DNA of 64,000 bases, from positions 634 to 64,633 of the forward strand of contig CACEDQ010000006.1 of the NCBI GenBank assembly GCA_902558375.1, written 5' to 3'. Below the pieces are notes generated by a model that saw only the letters and a program-made list of their open reading frames with translations, made no database searches and was not told the DNA's origin. Of this stretch, positions 59,029-64,000 are shown piece by piece. The stretch comes from an uncultured SAR86 cluster bacterium. Its GTDB lineage: Bacteria > Pseudomonadota > Gammaproteobacteria > Magnimaribacterales > D2472. Both the position numbers and the translations under genes were made by a program. Every line of letters begins with the position of its first letter. Within the stretch, counting starts at the first letter, position 1.

Positions 59029-60309
59029 ATGAATAAGGTTTACTTAATCTTAGGTAGTCTTTTGGCTACTCAAGTTGTTCGAGGAGATGAATTAAATTCA
59101 GGTGATACCGCTTGGATTCTTACTTCAACTGCTCTGGTTCTTTTTATGACTTTGCCTGGATTAGCACTATTTTATGGTGGGCTAGTTAGATCAAAAAATG
59201 TTCTTTCAGTATTAATGCAGTGTTTCACAATCGCGTGTTTGATGTCAGTTTGTTGGGTAGTATATGGATACAGCCTTGCGTTTAAGGGTGACGGTTTATT
59301 TATTGGTGATTTAAGCGCATTATTTCTTAATGGAGTTGCTAGAGATTCTCTATCAGGAACGCTTCCTGAATCAGTATTTATTACATTTCAAATGACATTT
59401 GCAATTATTACCCCTGCTCTTGTTGTAGGTGCTTTTGCTGAAAGAATGAAGTTTACAGCAATGTGCCTATTTTCTGTTGCCTGGTTTACTTTTGTTTATC
59501 TACCTGCTTGTCATATGGTATGGGGTGGTGGATATTTAGGAGGTATAGGTGTTATCGATTTTGCTGGAGGCCTTGTTGTACATGCTACATGTGGTATAGG
59601 TGCATTAGTTGCGGCTGTATATCTTGGACAAAGAAATGGCTTTATGAAATCACCAATGCCACCTCATAATAGAACAATGGTTATGATTGGTGCATCGATG
59701 CTTTGGGTTGGCTGGTTTGGCTTCAATGCTGGAAGTGCTGTAGCTGCTGATGGTTCTGCAGGTATGGCTATGTTAGTAACGCATATTAGTGCTGCAACAG
59801 GAGCGCTAACATGGATGGCTATTGAGTGGATTAAATCAGGTAAAGCTACGATGATCGGTATAGCTACAGGAATGGTAGCGGGTTTAGCAACTATTACACC
59901 AGCTTCAGGAACTGTTGGTCCAGCTGGAGCATTATTGATTGGATTTTTAGCTGGATTAGTGTGTTTTTACGCTACTCAAGCAGTAAAATCTTACTTCAAA
60001 ATTGATGATTCACTCGATGTATTCCCAGTCCATGGTGTTGGCGGTATTCTTGGAATTATTATGATTGCTTTTGTTGGAAATCCTGATGGTTTTCTAGGAT
60101 CAGGAGCTGCTGGTATCTCTGAAGATGGAACTATTGCGCAACTAATGATTCAACTTCAAGGAGTAATTATTATTTCAGCTTATACTGCAATAGTCACATA
60201 CTTAATTCTAAAATTAGTTAGCCTAATAACTGATGTCAGAGCATCAGAAGAGGATGAAGACGTTGGTTTGGATATGAGTGAACATAACGAACAGGGTTAC
60301 AGTCTATAA
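59029..60309 (+). CDS. amtB: Ammonium transporter, AmtB-type with cleavable signal peptide
   Basis: Contains 'MNKVYLILGSLLATQVVRG|DELNSGDTAW' and 'IDFAGGLVVHATCGIGALVAA'. 'WFGFNAGS' and 'FPVHGVGGILG' are also present. The start is set at the ATG after 'AAAGGGAGA'. Confidence 0.9.
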   Translation: MNKVYLILGSLLATQVVRGDELNSGDTAWILTSTALVLFMTLPGLALFYGGLVRSKNVLSVLMQCFTIACLMSVCWVVYGYSLAFKGDGLFIGDLSALFLNGVARDSLSGTLPESVFITFQMTFAIITPALVVGAFAERMKFTAMCLFSVAWFTFVYLPACHMVWGGGYLGGIGVIDFAGGLVVHATCGIGALVAAVYLGQRNGFMKSPMPPHNRTMVMIGASMLWVGWFGFNAGSAVAADGSAGMAMLVTHISAATGALTWMAIEWIKSGKATMIGIATGMVAGLATITPASGTVGPAGALLIGFLAGLVCFYATQAVKSYFKIDDSLDVFPVHGVGGILGIIMIAFVGNPDGFLGSGAAGISEDGTIAQLMIQLQGVIIISAYTAIVTYLILKLVSLITDVRASEEDEDVGLDMSEHNEQGYSL

Positions 60310-61412
60310 ACAGAATTGCTGTATTGCTTTAAAAGAAAAGGATGCATTTCTTCTGGTATTAAATGCATCCTTTGATTCAAGTACTCCATTGCTTCATCTA
60401 TCTCATTTTCTGTGAACTCGTGATTAGATATATGAATGCCCTGCATAATACATGCAGCTATATTTGTAGAATGATTTTTATAAGAGGTTTTAATTTTTTT
60501 TGTTATTAATTCAGCTATATCATCATAACTATTGGATTCAAATTTCATTGGCTCACCTATATACAAATGGACGTTACCTTTATTACCAGTAATTCCATCT
60601 GAAATACTCAAAAGATCCTCTCTGGGTTCTTTCTCATATACGCTATTGATTGAAGTTAAATATAATTCCTTTGCTTTTAACAGATCATTAGGATCTTTTT
60701 GATATGAGATTGCTACTGGAATTAAAGAAATATTATTAAAAAAGTCACTTACTGGTGTAGTTTTTCTTGAGTTTAAATGAATCATTTTTAATACAGCTGG
60801 ATCAGTGAAATCAATTCCATCTTTCGATCTGCCCTGCTTTTGGGCAATCCATACTGATTGATTATTATTTAAAATCGAATTTGTAATAAATTCAGAAGCT
60901 AAATGTAAACTCTTGTATATATCTTTTTTCGATTTACCAGACCTATCTATTATGAAGCTTTTATTGAGCCTCATTAAATCTGAAGCCCATTTTTCACTGA
61001 GCAAATTATTGCCAACAGCATTGTTAGTAGTATTAATGCCTCTCTGATGTAAGATTAAATTTAATAATGCTGAGTCAAGAGTAATATCTCTATGGTTAGA
61101 CAAAAATAGATAACCTTTTCCAATCTCAAGATTATCAATTCCTTCAATTGAAAAATTATCAATTGTCTTATTAACAACATCTTGAACTATTGATTCAAAA
61201 AATTGTTGATAATCTTTAATTGTTTTAATGTTTTTTGTTTTCCGTCTCAAGAAAAATGCTACTAATTTTTCAATCATAGGAATGTTCTGAAGCCAATAAT
61301 TATTATTTACCATTAGAATGGTTTTAATAACATCTTTATCTTTAACCAGATCTAATAAAACTTTTTCAACTTCATGATCTTCGTATGGACGTATGGAATC
61401 AAATTTACTCAC
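60297..61412 (-). CDS. Glycerolipid acyltransferase (PlsC/LPLAT superfamily)
   Basis: HX4D motif in 'LSNHRDITLDSA'. Also contains 'AQKQGRSKDG' and 'IPVAISYQKDP'. Length is 371 aa. The 3' end overlaps convergent amtB by 13 nt. Confidence 0.7.
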   Translation of the reverse strand: MSKFDSIRPYEDHEVEKVLLDLVKDKDVIKTILMVNNNYWLQNIPMIEKLVAFFLRRKTKNIKTIKDYQQFFESIVQDVVNKTIDNFSIEGIDNLEIGKGYLFLSNHRDITLDSALLNLILHQRGINTTNNAVGNNLLSEKWASDLMRLNKSFIIDRSGKSKKDIYKSLHLASEFITNSILNNNQSVWIAQKQGRSKDGIDFTDPAVLKMIHLNSRKTTPVSDFFNNISLIPVAISYQKDPNDLLKAKELYLTSINSVYEKEPREDLLSISDGITGNKGNVHLYIGEPMKFESNSYDDIAELITKKIKTSYKNHSTNIAACIMQGIHISNHEFTENEIDEAMEYLNQRMHLIPEEMHPFLLKQYSNSVYRL

Positions 61413-61476
61413 TGCTATAAATTACATTAAATAGATTTCTTATATTTTACATTATTAATGTATACAATACTTTTAC

Positions 61477-62217
61477 ATGAAACCTTATCTTAATTATTCG
61501 GGAGTAGCAGTATTGGCTCATAGAGGCGGTTCTATTGAGTCATATGAAAATACCATAGAATCATTCAATTACTCTCAATCACTTGGATGTAAATTTATTG
61601 AAACCGATGTACAAGTATCATCTGATGGCATTCCTTATATATTTCATGATGAAACTCTCTCTAGACTATTAGATAAAAGTGATGTGTTCAGTGACTTACA
61701 TTCAAATGAAATAGATAATTTAAGAATATTTGAGTCTCATAAAATACCGCGACTAGAAGAGGTTCTTCAACTTTTTCCTGATATGTACTTTCAAATTGAT
61801 GTAAAAACAGATGAAGTTGTTCTGCCTGCTCTAGAAGCTATTCATCAAAATAATGCAGAAGATAGAGTTTGTATTGCAAGTTTTAATAGCGCAAGACTAT
61901 CAAAAGTAAAAAACATGTATCCTAATATTTGTTTGTCTATGGGTCCAAATGAAGTTAGTAAAATGCTTTTATCGAGATATGGTCTATACAGAAAAAAGAT
62001 TCAAGGCGATTGCTTGCAGGTTCCTATGTATTACTATGGAATAAAAATAGTAACTAAAAACTTTGTTAATTTCGTTCATAGTAAAGGTCTAAAAATTTGT
62101 GTTTGGACAATAAATGATGAGAAAACTTTTAAAAAACTAATAGACATTAAAGTTGACGGGATTATTACGGATAAGCCTAAGCTTTTATTTGAGGTTTTGG
62201 GCTCAACAATTAATTAA
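61477..62217 (+). CDS. Glycerophosphodiester phosphodiesterase family protein
   Basis: Contains 'LAHRGG', 'IETDVQVSSDGIPYIFHD', 'VWTIND' and 'DGIITDKP'. Confidence 0.85.
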   Translation: MKPYLNYSGVAVLAHRGGSIESYENTIESFNYSQSLGCKFIETDVQVSSDGIPYIFHDETLSRLLDKSDVFSDLHSNEIDNLRIFESHKIPRLEEVLQLFPDMYFQIDVKTDEVVLPALEAIHQNNAEDRVCIASFNSARLSKVKNMYPNICLSMGPNEVSKMLLSRYGLYRKKIQGDCLQVPMYYYGIKIVTKNFVNFVHSKGLKICVWTINDEKTFKKLIDIKVDGIITDKPKLLFEVLGSTIN

Positions 62218-62398
62218 GAAACTTAACCAATACCTTTTTAGCAATAATATAAATTGGAATTATGATCGATGTCGTTATTAAAATTTCAATAGGAGTAGAA
62301 TAATCAATTAAACTTCTGATAAATGGTGCAAGAATAAATGCTGTGACTGCGCCCAGAATACTGTAGAAAATAATAGATTCTTTACTAAGCAATTTCAT
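62210..62398 (-). CDS. Possible small 2-TM membrane protein
   Basis: 62-aa ORF whose start overlaps the MFS stop and whose end overlaps the convergent GDPD gene. I recognise no family, and the hydrophobic ORF could be a chance product of AT-rich DNA. Confidence 0.3.
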   Translation of the reverse strand: MKLLSKESIIFYSILGAVTAFILAPFIRSLIDYSTPIEILITTSIIIPIYIIAKKVLVKFLN

Positions 62399-63641
62399 TT
62401 TTAACCCTAGTTAAAAGCAAACCCCCTAAAATAAACAATATAGCAATAGGCAAAAGAGCAATTCTGACGTTTCCGTAAAGAGCCAATAAACCACCTACCA
62501 TTGCAGGCCCTAGTATTGCTCCAGCTCGTCCCATGACGTTGTATAGACCATAAAATTCTCCTGCTTTTTCTTGGGGTATAAGTTTTCCAAAAAGACCTCT
62601 TGAGCTTCCCTGTATTCCACCTTGTACACAACCAACCCAGGCAGCTAACAAATAAAATTCTAGGGCATTAGATAAGGTCGTACTATAAATAATGATGCAT
62701 ATATAGGAAATTATAGTGATATATAGAACCAGTTTGTCACCATAATTGGCTGCGACATATCCCCAAATTAAGGTCGCTGGAAAAGCCACAATTTGAACAA
62801 GTATTAAAGCCTGTATAATCGAGCTTGTTTCCAATCCAAGGTTAAGAGCAAAAGTTGATGCCATATATACTACAGTATGAGCACCATCGATAAACAAAAA
62901 GAATGCAATCAAAAAAATAAATGCATTTTTGTATTTATATACTGATTTAAAAGTACTAATTATATTTTTTACTGATTGAGCAATTGAATTTTGTGATTTG
63001 TGAGCATTTTTTGAATCTTTGTAATTAAATAACAACGGCAATAAAAATATAAGCCACCACACAGAAACCATTAAAAAAGAAACTCTTATCGCTTCAGCCT
63101 GTGATGCGAGACCAAAAGAGGATGGATTTATACTCATTAAAGCATTAACTATAAATAATAACCCTCCTCCAAAATACCCCCAAGCATAACCTTGATTTGA
63201 AATAACTGAGAAATTATCAGGGGTTGAGATCTTTGTAAGTATCTTATCGTAGGGTATTTGCGCTACACAAAAACAATAATTTGCTACTACAAAAAAAGCT
63301 AAAGCTGGTAACCAAGATCCAGCTTCAACAAAATATAAAAGTCCAACAAAGAAAATTGATATAAGTGTTAGTACAGTTAATGATTTTTTTGTTGATTGAT
63401 TTAAGTCAGTTACAGCTCCGATAATTGGACCAGTTAAAAGAATACTTACATTACTTATAACAAGAGCCCAGCTATAGTAAACAGAAGCTTGAAGTTCAGG
63501 CATTGGAGATGCCCAATATTGTAGATAAAAAATTGGAAAAAAAGCAGCAACTACTGTGGTAGCAAATGCTGAATTACCAGCATCATAAGCTATCCACGAT
63601 TTAACTGTTTTATTAAAGATTTTATTTCCTGAAATACTCAA
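62385..63641 (-). CDS. MFS transporter (UMF1/Atg22-like subfamily)
   Basis: 418 aa with 12 TM helices. The N-terminal 'WIAYDAGNSAFATTV' is typical of the UMF1 family as I recall it. Confidence 0.75.
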   Translation of the reverse strand: MSISGNKIFNKTVKSWIAYDAGNSAFATTVVAAFFPIFYLQYWASPMPELQASVYYSWALVISNVSILLTGPIIGAVTDLNQSTKKSLTVLTLISIFFVGLLYFVEAGSWLPALAFFVVANYCFCVAQIPYDKILTKISTPDNFSVISNQGYAWGYFGGGLLFIVNALMSINPSSFGLASQAEAIRVSFLMVSVWWLIFLLPLLFNYKDSKNAHKSQNSIAQSVKNIISTFKSVYKYKNAFIFLIAFFLFIDGAHTVVYMASTFALNLGLETSSIIQALILVQIVAFPATLIWGYVAANYGDKLVLYITIISYICIIIYSTTLSNALEFYLLAAWVGCVQGGIQGSSRGLFGKLIPQEKAGEFYGLYNVMGRAGAILGPAMVGGLLALYGNVRIALLPIAILFILGGLLLTRVKNEIA

Positions 63642-63745
63642 AATACTTTTATGTAATTATTTTTCTTTTATTTTATATGTAATAAATACAAATAACCTTG
63701 TAAATATAGATATTTTTGTTATATTTTTTTTGGGAGGAGTGTGAC

Positions 63746-63844
63746 ATGAGTGATAGTCAGACTATAAAACTTGGAGGATACTTTCTGCTTGGTATTGGAG
63801 CCATAGTATTTTTATTAGGGCTTGGGGCTTATATCTTCTACTAG
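63746..63844 (+). CDS. Possible 32-aa single-TM peptide; not in the ORF track
   Basis: MSDSQTIKLGGYFLLGIGAIVFLLGLGAYIFY*. It has a strong SD 'GGGAGGAG' 7 nt upstream, which is unusual in this AT-rich spacer. Confidence 0.35.
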   Translation: MSDSQTIKLGGYFLLGIGAIVFLLGLGAYIFY

Positions 63845-64000
63845 CCTGGTGGCCAACTTAAAGTTCTACCAGATAATAAATGCAAATGCAGGTGAAAAAC
63901 ACTTTGACCTGCTTTTGCTCCATTGTTAATAATAATTCTAAAGGTATTATCTAAATTCAGCTGTTCTGCAACTTTTCCTGCAACTAACATAAGGTGACCT
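63841..64000 (-). CDS. HIT (histidine triad) family protein, 3' portion only (gene continues beyond the window)
   Basis: Manual reverse translation gives ...GHLMLVAGKVAEQLNLDNTFRIIINNGAKAGQSVFHLHLHLLSGRTLSWPPG*. It contains the HxHxHxx triad. It is absent from the ORF track because the start lies outside the window. Confidence 0.85.
   Translation of the reverse strand, partial: GHLMLVAGKVAEQLNLDNTFRIIINNGAKAGQSVFHLHLHLLSGRTLSWPPG

Overview
This is a visibly AT-rich, very gene-dense chromosomal segment with about 65 protein genes and one tRNA. I found no rRNA, CRISPR array, IS element, integrase or prophage signal. Gene content and synteny point to a Gram-negative bacterium, most likely a streamlined marine gammaproteobacterium: lolC-lolD-exbB-exbD-msbA/lpxK-kdsB-murB, ftsK-lolA-crcB-serS, trxB, and glnK-amt. 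A SAR86-like lifestyle is only a guess, based on two TonB-dependent receptors, at least four alpha/beta hydrolases (plus a DUF3089 lipase-like protein), lipid genes, and BCCT and CNT transporters. Coding is mostly on the minus strand in long trains with 0-8 nt spacers or overlapping stop/start codons. Notable observations: (1) a continuous 920-codon MsbA-LpxK fusion inside a 14 kb, 15-gene array with no real gaps. (2) A nitrogen-scavenging locus with two near-identical sigma54 -24/-12 promoters. One drives a Gcw_chp/TorF-like outer-membrane protein, glnK and an Amt1-type transporter. The other drives a signal-peptide AmtB-type transporter. (3) A DUF2256-like zinc-ribbon gene missing from the ORF track, overlapping both neighbours. 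(4) A tRNA-Ser(UGA) whose 3' end lies 13 nt (or 1 nt) from the start codon of a four-gene thioesterase/hydrolase/MFS module. (5) A single LolC/E-type permease with LolD, and a short LolA. (6) A DmdA-like GcvT-family gene, a BCCT transporter and a homocysteine methyltransferase-family gene. (7) A TPR-sulfotransferase next to a TonB-dependent receptor. (8) A PQQ-type sugar dehydrogenase translationally coupled to an unknown membrane protein that has a stand-alone paralog 11 kb away. Nothing here looks like a defence island or mobile element. All family names come from motif recognition by eye and need HMM or BLAST confirmation.
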